Below, piece after piece: positions 37,901 to 51,000 of a stretch of 64,000 bases of DNA (positions are counted from its first letter, which is position 1; the number at the start of each line of letters is the position of its first letter). Origin of the DNA: Phaeosaccion multiseriatum. Lineage: Eukaryota > Protista > Ochrophyta, other classes. The notes beneath the pieces were generated by a model. It saw only the letters and a list, made by a program, of their open reading frames with translations. It had not been told where the DNA came from and ran no database searches. The stretch lies in contig OZ218950.1 of NCBI GenBank assembly GCA_965112735.1, positions 4,402,001 to 4,466,000 of the forward strand, given 5' to 3'. The position numbers and the translations under genes were made by a program.

Positions 37901-40900
37901 CGGCCGCCGCTGGCTGTTGACTTGGAAAAAGAAGCTGTCCTTACCCGCCGCCAGACAACTCTTCCTCACGAGCACACTCTTCCTCACGAGCACCTCTGTG
38001 CGCGCAGTATGGCCAGGCTGCACCACCACTTCTGAAATGGCGCTGTCTGCAAACTCCACGTCTGATGAGCCCTGAAGCGAGACAATAGTCTCAATGTCTC
38101 CCATGCTCTTCAACTCCACCGGGACTCGCACAGGCTCCAGCGAGCCGCTGGTCTTAGCTTGGCGTAGGTCCACCTCCACAACGGAAGTAGCCTTTGCCGA
38201 CATGTAAACCCCTCCGCTTCGCACAGTCAGGATAATGTGCTCGTCCCGCGTGCCCCCAATCTTCGCGCCAACCTTGAAGTCTTTGGAGCCAGAGCTGTCT
38301 ACAGATTTGCTCAGGTACTCGAAGCGAATGCGCCGCGACGCTCCAGGAGGCACAGCACCACTCGCAGGATGGATTGAAATCCTCCCTCGCTCTCCTCCCC
38401 CTCCTCCTCCTCCACCTCCTTCTCCTCCTCCTCCACCTCCTCCTCTTCTAGGTCCAGAGGCCGAAGAGGTAGGCACCGACAGCTCAAAGGGCATCGGCAC
38501 TGCGGAGTGGTTGACCAGCCGCAGATGGCGACTGCATGTCTCCTCCCTCTCGCCGTCAGGGATCTCCACGTCGGGCATCTGCAGGTCCATCACAATGCTT
38601 GACGCACCGACGGGCAGCAGAAGCTCTCCTTGCCCCCCACTGCCCCCCCCATTGGCGGACGATATCTCCAGTTGAACGTGGCCGGCGATGCCTGCGAACC
38701 TGTCTCTGCCGTCTTCGGTTGTAAAGTGAAGGGGCACTCTACGCTTCTGACCTGGCTGGACTGAAACGCTGCCGCCTCCCTTCAGACGCAGATTCCTCTC
38801 CTGACCTCGCAGGGCTAGCCACTTCATTGAAGCATGGAGGGCAGACGATCCTTCCAGCCCTTCGTGGAGGAGCTCCAGCTCCCGTTGTGGAAAGTGCCCC
38901 CGCCTCAAAAGGTTGGCATGAAGTCTGATGACTCCCATGTGAAGGCCATGGGGGAAAACACCGCCCTCTGACTGCGCCGAAGCCGCTGCTGACGCCACAT
39001 CCACCTTGAGAGCTTTTGCCGCTGGTCGGCATGGAATGGCGAGGAGCTGCCTCCCCTCCAGTGGAGCGATGGTCTCACCCAGCTCGCTGACGTTATCTCC
39101 CTCCTCCTCCTCTTCAATCAAGGCGTAGCAGCTCTCTAGCAGAGACCCACGGACCGGGACACGCAGCACATCCTTGCTGCTGCCGAATGCGATGACGACG
39201 TGGCTGGCGATGACGCGCGGCATATTCCCGGAGTCAGCAGTGTCTACGAGCAGGCTCAGCGGCAGTCTCGAGTGCGGCTTGAGGTAGAGGGAGAAGCTGT
39301 CTCGCTCCTCTGCGGACGTTGATGACACAAAGCTGACAGGCGCCGCTCCCGATGCTGCATCCTCCTGGATCTTGGCCTTGACCCACACGCCAATGTGCCC
39401 ATCGTTGACAAGGAGAAGGGCTTGGCGCCGCTCCTCACCTAGCGGGACTCCAATCAGACAGTGCCCAAAGTTAATGGCGCACGGTTCCACCCGCGCAGAG
39501 ATGGGTGCGATGATGCACCGGACGAGAACGTCGGTGCACGCCGCCACTTCGTTGCCGAATGCCTCGTCTCGCAGCTCCAGCTTCACATGGAAGGAGTGCT
39601 CACCAGGTGTCAAGGCCGTACTGAGGCTGAAGGACACACTGGGTGACTCGAAGGGTCCTACTCGGAAGGCTGACGCTGGGCTAAGCTGCAGTGGGAAGGT
39701 TGCCTTCGTGAGCCCGTGGGCGGCCGCTGCGCTCTCCCCGGCCGCAACTGCTAGCACGGGGACTGCCTGAAGCTTCAGCCTCCTGTCCATCTCATTGACG
39801 AGCTGCAGGCTCCTCGTCTCTGTCCACGGTGCATCTCGCTGCTGGACGGTTCCGAGGTCCATCACCACTACGGGCGGCTGCAGCGATGGCTCACCCCCCG
39901 CCCCTGCTGCGCTGATCTTGACGACAAAGGAAGAGAGCGCCATGTCTGCTCCGCTGAAGGGATTCGCCAGAGTAAGCGCGTCGCCTCGCTCCTGCAAGTC
40001 CTTCTCCTGCTTGGCACGCTGCCTCGACGCATCCAGGCAGGCGAAGCGATGGTTGCGCCTTCTGATCAGAACATGCACCGCGCGTAAGATCCTATCCAGC
40101 TCCCTCTGCTTCGCAGCGATATGCATCTTCTCCACGAAACGCACTCTCGCCCCCCCCTTCCAAGCGTCGAGCACCCTCCTGGCGGACGATTCGTGCTGCT
40201 GAACCGTGCGGCGTTCTCTCATCTGCGTCAAGTCCAAGGCGCTCGAGCAGCAGATTTGGACTCCGAGGCTCAGGAAAGCCGTCACCGCGACATGGGAGCC
40301 AATTACTTCCAAGATCAAGCGACGATTGACCCGAAGCAGTCGCATAGCCTGTTTGAGCTCCTCCCCTGCTTCGACGGTGATGATGGTGCTAGTCGTGTCG
40401 TCCAGGAAGGCCTCTGGACACTCGACAGATCTCAGTGCGTGCCCCTCTTTCCACTCCTGAACCATCCGCTTTCGAATTTCTCTCATATCTTGCGTAAGAG
40501 TCAGCATGTCGCTCTCAATCTTGAAGCAAAGCTCTCCTCCGTGCTTCCCTCGAGCGGCCTCGTCGTCCAAGTTGCTACAGTCAGCACCATCGCTCTCGAC
40601 GATGGCCTCCAGCTCCCCCAAGTCTGTGGAGGCCGTCACCTCCTCCATCTTGGCCCTGAGGCGCGTGAGATTGCTCCAAAGGACACTCCCTTCGAGTGCC
40701 TGCCGAGCCCGCGTGCTGTCTTCCCTCATCTTCTCTTCCATCTGCCCGCTGTATAGGGCTGGGTCTTCCACGTGTTCTTTCGGGCGATAGGATGGCGCCG
40801 GCCTTACTCTCTGAGAGATGCGCAGTATCTGCTGGAGGCGATCCTCCGCGACCCGGCGGGGTGATTGAGTAGTACAACTAAAGTCATCCGCGGCATTCAC

Positions 40901-43900
40901 ATCAGGAGCAGGCTTGGGCTCGTACTCCATATACTCGCGCTCCTCCGCTTGCGCGACGAAGTAGGGGCTGTTACTATGGGGCTGCGATACTCGTTCGGCG
41001 TTCCAGTAGCATCCCTCCCATCCGTAGCGCTTTAGGACGCGTATCGTGCACTTCGTTTGCGCTTTGTCGGCACTCGCGAGCCCGAATATGCTCTTGGTGG
41101 AGTCCCACCATCCGCCCCATCTTTTCTTGCCCTCGACTGCTATGGCAAAATCGATCAACGCCGGAGGCTCGGTCAGGCAAGCATACGGGACAAAGACTCG
41201 CAGGCTATGTGGATGAGTGACCTCGACTCTGGTTCGGTGAGTGTCACGACTCAGAGCTTCGGTCGGCTGCTTGTCGATCCTGCCACGGTCTTGAAGCGTG
41301 ATGTGTACAGCCACGCCCGCGGGCCTCGCCTCAAAGTACTTGCCAATGACGGGCCTTGCCTCTGTCCGACATGACTGGAGGAGGTCTCGAAGCATCTTGT
41401 TGACGAAGCGCTTGTCCTGGGCAGCGTCGATCCTTCTGCGCCTCTCTTCCTCCTCGTCGCTGGCTGCTGACTCCTCCTCCCCGACAGCCGGTGCTGCTCC
41501 TCCGCCCCGCACACGTGCTGCTCCTCCGCCCTGCACACGCTCCTCCTCGTTCTGAGCAGCGTCCATCTCTTCCTCCTCGCCGCTGGCTGCTGACTCCTCC
41601 TCCCCGACAGCCGGTGCTGTTCCTTCGACCTGCACATGCTCCTCCTTGTTCTGAACAGCGTCCATCTCTTCCTCCTCGTCGCTGGCTGCTGACTCCTCCT
41701 CCCCGACTGCCGGTGCTGCTCCTTCGACCTGCACACGCTCCTCCTTGTTCTGAACAGCGTCCATCTCTTCCTCCTCGTCGCTGGCTGCTGACTCCTCCTC
41801 CCCGACTGCCGGTGCTGTTCCTTCGACCTGCACATGCTCCTCCTTGTTCTGAACAGCGTCCATCTCTTCCTCCTCGTCGCTGGCTGCTGACTCCTCCTCC
41901 CCGACTGCCGGTGCTGCTCCTTCGACCTGCACACGCTCCTCCTTGTTCTCAGCAGCGTCCGTCTTTTCCTCCTCGTCGCTGGCTGCTGCGTCCGCTTCTT
42001 CTGCTTGTTGCGGTGTGGCAGAGGACTTTCTCTTCACGAGACCGGAATCTGCCATTTGGAAGAGGGCAGCCACACCTTGCTCCACGAGGGCGGCAACGGT
42101 GCCTCGTTCACACTCCCACTCGGACAGTTTGTCCCTGTATCTTTGCTCGTCTTCTCTGGAGCGCTTGAGGTATTCGCCGTACTTCCGCTCCACTCCTTGA
42201 ATCTTCTTCCTTGTCTGTTCGTCCCTCGCTGCGATTCGCTTCTCCAAGACATCCTTCAAGGAGCACAGGACCCTCTCCGCCGCACGCCCCAAGTCCTCCG
42301 CGCAGCCTGCAATCAACATCGAGGGCCTCTGCGGCAAGGCGCTGGAGCTACTCGCGGCGTGCTTCCAAAATGATTGAACGATGCGCTGTGCAAAGGCGTC
42401 CTCTGCATCAAGCACCTTCTGCAGAAGAGGGAAGCCGTCCGTGTCCATCTGCTGGGCATCGCTAAGCGTGGAGAAGAGCGCCGAGACGGACTCGCGGCAG
42501 GCAGCGTAGTGCTCCTCCAGCATGGGGCAGCACACATCGACGCGGAACGACGCCAGCATGAGGAGGTCGAGGACGTCGCTTACGTCTTGCACCCCGAGGC
42601 ACAGCAAGTCCGCCATTGTCTGCGGGACAGAGAGATGATGTATCATCTCCAAGCCCTGTCCTCCTCCTCCCAAGACGGCTTGCTGCCCTCGGATGGCCTT
42701 TACGAGTGTAGCGTAGGGCGACCCCCCTCCTGCGCTTCTGGTGTTGACGAGATCCGCCACGAGCACATGCCGCAGGTCGAGGCTTGGAGAGGGCGCTGCC
42801 TCCCCCCCTCCCTCCTCTGCGGGCAGCGGCACCTTTTGCAGCACATCTTCTTCTTCGAGTGGTCCCAAACGAGCTCTCGTCTCCTCAAACGCAGCTCGAA
42901 TCGCTCTGCTCTGCATGTGAAGCAGCTCCTGCGTAAGCGCTTGCACCACTTCCTCGACATGCTGCGCCAGCTCATCCTGAGACTCTTGCCCTCCTGTCAT
43001 TTCCGTCATCACATCGCCCAAGCTCTGCACCGCTTGGCCTTCCAGCAGCAAACACAGATCCTTTACGCCCTCCATCCTATCATTCACCGCACTGAAATGC
43101 TCAAGCGCGCTCCTCTTGTCTCTGATCACAGCGAAGTGCTCTCTGTCCTCGCCACCTCCGGTGTCCTTGCCTGTCAACCGGACCACCAGGAGGGAGCCCA
43201 GGCAGTGTGAGAGCTGTGCAAGCTGCTCCAGCGCCTTGGATCCCTTGATTCTCGGCGTGAAGAGCCGCGCTTCGCACTTTGCGCCTCCGAAGATGGGCAC
43301 TAGGGTCTGCTTGACCAAGAGATGGGCCACGAAGGATGGGCCAAGGAGGGTTTCATCGTCCAGTAACGAAACGGCCTGCTGGAGGGAGTCGATGACCTCG
43401 AAAGGCGAGCTGGCGACTCCGTATGCAGCGTGGAAGAACGAGCCAAGGAGGGACTGCGAGACAGACCCAAACTGCGCGTAGAGGCGGTCGCTCTCCTCCA
43501 GTAGCTCGTGCGCCTCGAGGCTCAGCAAGAAGGTGTCACCTCGTCTCCTCAGCCAGGAGCCGAAGGCCTCAATGTCCCTGCTCAGGCTGGCTGCACACAG
43601 CTGCTTGGCCTGCACACTGGACAGCAGAGTGTACATGCTGTTCGCAGCGTACGTGCTGATGCACCGCGACTGCTTCCGCACTGACCACTGCGCTCGACCA
43701 TCAAGCTCCACGCCGTGCTGACTCCTCCTCCCTGATGCTGCTGCTCCATCCGCCACAGCAGCAGCCACGTCTTCGAGCTTGACCACCGCTGTCAACACGG
43801 CAGAGGCCTTATCGTGAAGCAGCTCCATGCTGGCAGTGTCCTCCCCGCGCACATGAGCAAACAGAGCGCCCACGTCCTGCATGAGGTCCGGGACGATGGC

Positions 43901-45048
43901 CAAGGCCTGCTCGTGGAATGAGCGCATGGCGGGCCCCAGTGAGTAAGCGGAGCGCACAAAGCCGAGCATGGCCGAGCTGGCGTTGCGCAGAGTCGCGAGG
44001 GCCACCTTCATCACGTCGAGGAGGTGGAACAGCTTCCTACCACAGGGCCCGCTGCGCTTCCTCGCAGCAGAGGGCTCCAAGTCCGCCTCGAGGAGCTGCG
44101 CGGCCTCCTCCACTAGCTCCAGCGCTTCACGGGCTCGCTCGGATGAGTCTCGCAGTGTAGCCTCGTCAAGCCTGGACAGGTCCTCGAGACGCTCAAACTC
44201 GCTGTACATGGCTGCGCTCAGCTCTTCTGGGCCGTCTTCCCAAGCATCGCCACCCCCATCTGCACCGACAGTGCAGAAAGCTCTGAGAAGGAGGCCCTGC
44301 AGCGTCTTGGCCGTTGCCGCCGGCTCTTTCCGCTGACGGTCACCGTCCTCCGACGACTTCTTTCGCTTCCCCTTGGCCTTCTTCTTCAGCTCCTGCACAG
44401 ATTTCCTGAGAGTCTTGACTTCTTCTGCAATTTCTTCGCTTCCTGGACCTTCGATGCAACCTTTCAAGGCATTGATGCGCTCTTCCTTTTCCTCGATCTC
44501 TTTCTCGAGCGACTTCTTGCTGACCCCAGGCGATCCTCCTCCCTTAACAAATCCCTCCAGCTCCTGGACCATCGTCTGCGTGAAGGCAGTGTGGCAGCCG
44601 CGGAGCATGCAGAGAGCGAGGGGGCACTGAAGGGGTATCCAATCGCCCACGGAGCCGACGAGGCCCGAGGCGTACACCCTCATGTCGTTGTCCGCCTCTT
44701 GCCTCGAGTAGACCAGGGAGTTGAGCACCTTGGTCAGGAACAACATCAGATCCTTGAGGTAGGGCACCATTGCCTGTCTCGACTCCTCATCCACAAGGCT
44801 GTGGTCCGTGGAGTCTACACCGAGCTCACTTGCTTGGAAAAGAGACTCCCAGGGAGGCAGTGTCGGCATGTCGCTCGCTGCAGAGGTTCCCAGCAAGAGA
44901 CGGCTGGAGAGGATGGACTCCGCTCGCTGCTCGAGCTTCATGGCGTGGCGCACCAGCTCGACGCAATTGGGGGCGGCAAGGAGGACCACGTCCGACGGCC
45001 TGAGGCTGACCAGCCCCGAAGATCGAAGGCACTCCCCACCGGGGATGC

Positions 45049-45088
<40 letters not shown>

Positions 45089-48000
45089 ACCGCTGCTGTG
45101 GGCCACGCACGGCCCACGGCCTAACACTCCCACCACTTCTATCAGGCGCTGCCGCCTCCGCTGCAGATCTTGCATGTGGACGAAGGAGAGGTGCAGCGGC
45201 GTGCGGCGCACGAGGTGTTGGTTGCGGTCCATGAAGTTCGGTGGGCCTTGCGGAGGGGAGCCTCCTACTTCTTGGCGGATGGAGAAGGGCAAAGCCACCT
45301 CCTCGGGCTGTGCGAGGAGCCTCTGCACGTGCCCATCAAGGAGAGTGGAGGTGCGCTTCGCCACGATTCCCTGCAGCAAGGCCGCTTCCGCCTGCTCCAG
45401 GCCCGTTGTCGACATGTCGGTCAGTGAGCAGCCCTCGCACTGCACCACGCGGTCAAGCTCGGGGATGCAGAGGAAGTTCTGCAAGTCCCGTGCCCTTCTG
45501 TCCTCCTGGCCCTTCATCTGATGTCCATTCCTGAGCCTGTCCAGCAGGAATAGCATCTGACTCACTGCCGACCGCTCCATGCGGATGCGCACTAGTCTGG
45601 ACGAGGTGTCATCGAGGGCCGCTGCGGCGGGCATGCCCTGTCCCGTGGGGTCGCCTGACGGGTTTGGATGTGAAGGGGAGAGAGAGGGGGAGGATAAATG
45701 GGTTTGCGACGAACGAGGGAAAGGCCCACGGGGGTTGACTTTACATACCTACGAAGACTCGAAGCTTGTGCCGCTGCTCTGCTGCGTCTTCTTCCACCAC
45801 GTCCACTCCCTCCTGTGGCACATTCTTCCACAGCTGCTCTTCGCACAGCTTGGGGAAGTCAGCCACCCGCTTCTTGAGCGCTCGAAGGCGAGGAGGCAGT
45901 CGCATGAAGAGGGGATCTGAGTCCTCCGATGCCTGTCGGAACAAGGCCAGCTCGCGCTCTCGGTCCGCGATCCAGCATCTCTCCTCCTTCAGCTCCTTGT
46001 CCACCTGGTGCTTGCTGGGGACCAAGACCTCGGGATCGGAGAGCTTGGAGCGCTTGTCCTGGAGCTTGCCGAGTCTCTTCCGCGTTGTCATGGCCAAGAA
46101 AAAGCAGCCCGAGTCATGAGCGTTCTTGAGCAGTACCTCCATGAGCTTCATGACACTCTGGAGCCCATCCTTCATCTCTGCTCGCTCCCTCGCCGCAGCC
46201 TGCTGCGCCTTCTCTGCTGCCTCTGCCGATGTCTCGTCGCCTCTGCTCGTTGGAGCGTGGGCAATGGCTGAGTGCAGATTGAGCCTGTACTTCTCGATTG
46301 TCGCCAGCGGCACCTCTACTTTCACAAGCAGCTCGTGCATCCTCAACGCCATACCCTCCAAGCTGCTCCGCAGACAATCCTTCTCGAGCAGCACCTCTCC
46401 ATTGTGGGTCTCCAACATCGAGAGCAGCTGCTCCACTACCTCTTCCCACTCCGCTGCGACATGCCCTGAGGCAGCCTCGTACATGCGGGACACTTCCCTC
46501 TCCTCGCCCCTCAGCTGGACGAGCCTCTCTGGAATGAAGGTGGCGATGAAGAGAAGAACATTCTCGAGGCTGGCAAGGAGATGAGCTGCCGCCTGCGCAC
46601 TTGCCATCCTCGTCGTGTCCACAGCAGTGCCTTCCTGCCACTTGTCGAGGACTGCCTTGACGTGGCTGAACAGCCTCGGCTCTCTCTCCACACAGCGAAG
46701 CAGGTGCACCCTGGCGGAGTTGCTTTCGGGGATACCTCTGCGGATGGCATCCTCGCTGTCCGAGAGGCGTTTGTGAGGGTCGACCTGGCTCAGCAACAAA
46801 TGCAGCACCTGTACATGTTGCTCCGTCTCCTCACTGAAAGGCCAGGCTGGTGACGAGACTATGAACAACTTGAGTTCCGCCAGTGTGGTGATGAGCCGCG
46901 TGGAGAAGTGGCTCCCTCCCAACTCCCCTTCCGTGGTCCCCTCGATGGTCCGATACAGTCGTACTCGAACCTCATTGAGCTTCTCCACAATACTTATTTG
47001 AGACGGGCAGAAGGGCTGGACACACAGCGGCAGAGGCGCGCCGGGAGAGGGCGGCGACAAACTCGAGAGTCCTGCCATCGTCGCAGCGATAGCGCCTTGT
47101 AGCCCTGAGATGGTGCAATCTTCCATCAGCTCCACCACCTTGCTGCGCTCCTGCTCTCGGTCTCGGACTTGGAGGCGGAGCCGCGCGAGGTCCTCGATTG
47201 CGTCCATGGCCGTGAGCTGCCGTCCACATCGCTCTTCAGCGTCCCTTGGGAGCAGGCGGTAGACACTCATGCTCCCGTCTTCACTAAGATGCAAGACCAG
47301 GGCTGTGACAGAGAAATCGTCCTTCCCGTCGAACAAGAAGATCACATGTGGCGCTCCGGGCTGCATGTGCTCTAGCAGAGAAGAGGAGACAGGCATGAAG
47401 GTGCGATGCAGTCTTGCCGACGAGCCCTCCTCCTTCAGGATGGAACTGGTGCCGAACGAACACCACAGTGCCACGTCCAACAGAGGGCACCTGAGGTCAT
47501 GCTCTGTCAGAACCTCCAGAGCCTCTACAAAGTTTGATGGTCGCATGCGGTTCACGGCTCCTCCACTCTGAAGTGCGTCCGTCCTGTCCAAGCCGTCCAT
47601 GCGACTCCAGTCTGCCAGTAGAGACGCGACTTTGCCTGCCGCCACGGCAGTGATGACGTGCTCGATCGTTCTCCACTCGGGGGACTCCAGCTGCTCTTGC
47701 ACCCCCTCCAGACCGCCAGACCATGCTGCTTCCATAGCAATCTCCCTCCTCTCCTCCAGCTCGCTTCCGTGCTCCCTCAGCGAAGCCACTTCTGCCTTTA
47801 GCTCCTGCTCCTGGATCTCAAGTTCTTTCTCCAAATTCTTGTCAGCCTTCTGTGGCCATTTACCCAACAAGCTCCAGCTCGTCTCCTTGCGGCACTCCGC
47901 GAGCTCCTTCTGCTTCTCACCCAGCCTGGCCTCCGCTCTAGTGGTTTCCCTTGCGTTTGTAGCCAAGTCCTCCTCCACCTGGCTCAGACTCTCCAGAGCT

Positions 48001-51000
48001 TGCGGAAGTTGTCGAGCAAGGCCTTCCACCATCGGGGTCAGCTCAAACTGCAGCTTGGCAGTGCACATCCCAATCTCCTGCTGCAGAAGCATTTCCATGA
48101 CCTTGGAGTCGCTCCCTCTCATCTCTCCTCCCTCTTGAGGCAGGCGCATGAGGCCTCTCCAGGACACGCCCAGCCACCGGAGAGAGGCGGCCAGCTGCTG
48201 CAAGCGGGGGGAGAGGCTGCCGGCTGCTGAACCCTCCTCTTGAATCAGCAAAGTGAGGAGCCGGCTAATGTCCTCCTCGGCAGAAAGGAAGGGGGCGACC
48301 ATGTCCCGCTGGAGGATGTACATCCTCGTGCCCTGTGCGTCACGCATGGGCTGCGACACTTGCTCATAGAGCAGCCGCAGACGTTGTCCACTCAAAAGTC
48401 GGACCCAGGGCAGAAGCTTCTCCTCCACGACGAACAGGCTCTCCAGCAGGGTACGGCCGGGCACCAGTAGGTCAGCGGTGTCTTGCTTCTTGGTGCCATC
48501 TGCGGGAGCGAGGAGGCCCAGCAAATGCCTCAGTCGGCTGCAGATGGAGCTGACTCTCCTCAGCTCGAGCTCCCGGACCTGGGCGTCGACAATGGACACC
48601 TGCTTGGTGTACGTCAGGAGGGTGGCGAGGAGGCTATTGGCGAGCGCCGGCGCGTGCTGCATGCACGACCCAGCGTCACTCTGGGACAACAAGCCGTCGA
48701 GGCTCAGTCGAGAGAGAAGCGCGACCCTGTCCTGCTCGACAGAGTCCTCGTGCGGCGCGGCAGAGCCAAAGCTGTCCATGTGCTGGGTGATCGCAACCTC
48801 GATGGCTTCCGCCTCGCCTGCTCCAAGGTCCAGCGGAACAAGCTTTCCTCGGACAAGGTAGCGAGCAGCCGTGCAGAACTGCGCGGTGGGTGCGCTCATG
48901 AGTGCCCTCGCTACGCCTCGGAGAACGAAGGACTCTGCCGCCTGGAGCGCTCGTGCAAGGGCGAGGCGATGAACTTGCCACGGCTCCCCTCGCTCCGATG
49001 CACTAATCACGGGCACCACGGGGAGCGATTCAGCCGCAACAGCTTGACTGCAGAGGAGTTGCACCAGCTTTCTCATCTGCCTCTCCGACGCCGCGAGGAT
49101 TCCGTGACCCGCCTCTCTCTGCATCGTGTCCTTGACACAGTCACAGTAGTTCCTCACGATTGCCCACACGAAGGCGTTCAAGGGGCTGACTCCTCTTCCT
49201 GCCGCTGCTGCTGCTGCTGGTGCTGGTGCTGCTGATTGGGTGGGCAGTTCACCACCCGTGCCGTTGCCCGGATGAAGCTCCATGAGGCGCGTTGCCGTGT
49301 CGATGGTGCGAAGCATGGTGCGGAAGGTGATCTGCACGTCCCCCACGAGATAAAACTCCTTTCGCCGAATGGAGTGCTTCGTGGCGGCATGCACCTCGAG
49401 CAGCAAGTGCACGAGCCTTTCCTTGCCCTCAATGTCGGGCAGCAGGCTGTACAGGATGGAGGCAATGTCGAGCTGAGCAAAAGCTTGCGCGCTACCGCTG
49501 GGCTCTGCTGCCAAGCCCTCGATGCCCACGTCCAACGGTGGCAGCCAAATGCGCACCATGCGATTCAGCAGCGCACTGGACAGCTTGTTGGAGCTGCAGC
49601 GACTGCTGTTGGCCGTCGCGAAGATGCGGAAGTCCGGATGAATGGAGTTGTCTGCCCTCCTGAGCTCCTCTCCATCCCCCTTCTCCAGCAGCGCCAGCAG
49701 CGGCGAGTCCTCAAAGAGCGAGTTGAGGCGCTCCACCACCTCACCTGGTGCGCTATCGATATTGTCGAGCATCACCCAGTGACCCTCTCGCATGGCCGTC
49801 ACGAGCTCGCTCTCCACGAATTCAAACACCAGCGTCGTCGGCTCTCTGCTCAACTCCTCCTCTCCTCTCCCCGCACCAGCTCCCAGGAGTAGTTCATCAA
49901 AGTCCGTCTGCAGCTGCTTCTGGAGGCGACGCCCGTTGTCTCGCACGCGATGATGCATATCTGCCAGCACGCCACCGTCGTACTCGCGACAACAGAGGCG
50001 CTCAAGACACTCACTGATCGTCCCTACCGCGGTGGCGACAGCCTCTTCGCCGCCGCTGCCCTGGCTGCTCCATGCCTCGACAGCCAACTTGATGGCCGTC
50101 TCGGTCTCTTGCAGCAAGTACTCCGCAGTCGCGTGCTGACCTTTGCGCTTGGCCTCCGCCGCAAGGAGGGGGCGAATGTTGACGAGGAGGAGCTGAGACG
50201 CGGCCTGCATCCGCAGCATACAGGCATGCCACATGCCCTTCTTGTGCTCTTTGACGCTGGTGGGTAGCAGCTGCCCAATGAGGTCGGACGTCTCCATCTC
50301 GTGCGTCATGGCCACCTCCACCAGACGCCTCTTGCACAGACGGGCAAGCTCCCGCACGATGCTGCTCTTGGCGCTCGCAGTGTCTCCCTCCAGCAACACC
50401 GCTCGCTTGCTTTGTGCGGCTGCTCCCAGAGCCTCGAGCAGCTGCACCGTGCGGTGGGAGTGCACCATAGCAACACCCGTCGCTCGTCCGTCCTCTCCTC
50501 TCTCCGTCTCCATCTCGCCTTGAGCCAAGTACACGGAGCCAATCCGAATCATGCCCGGCACAGAGTCGTCGATCTCGTCGGAGTGAGTCAGGTTGCGCAG
50601 TCGTGTAGACACCTGGAAAAACTCCGACCTGTCGATGACCTCCTGCACCCTGCTCTGGTTCTCTGCACTATGGAAGCGCCGGGCATACACCAGTGAGAGG
50701 AACTTGTTGAGAGCAAGGACGCGCACATCCGTGTCTCCCCCCTGCGGCTCTCCACCCACGTCGCCGGCTTTGTTGTAGAACCGAAAGTGGTCTTTCAAGT
50801 TGGCAGCATTGCTCTGGAGAATGTCCCGCAACTTGAGCAAGTCTCGTACGTTGAGCTCGTACGGAGCGCCTCGCAGTCCAATTTCTCTCTGAGACACGAG
50901 CTCCGCCACCTCGCAGTGCACTTGAAAGACAGCCTCGAGCTGCTCCGCTGTGATGACGCCCTCCTGCTGCTGCTCCGCCAACTCGCCTCCACTACTGTCT

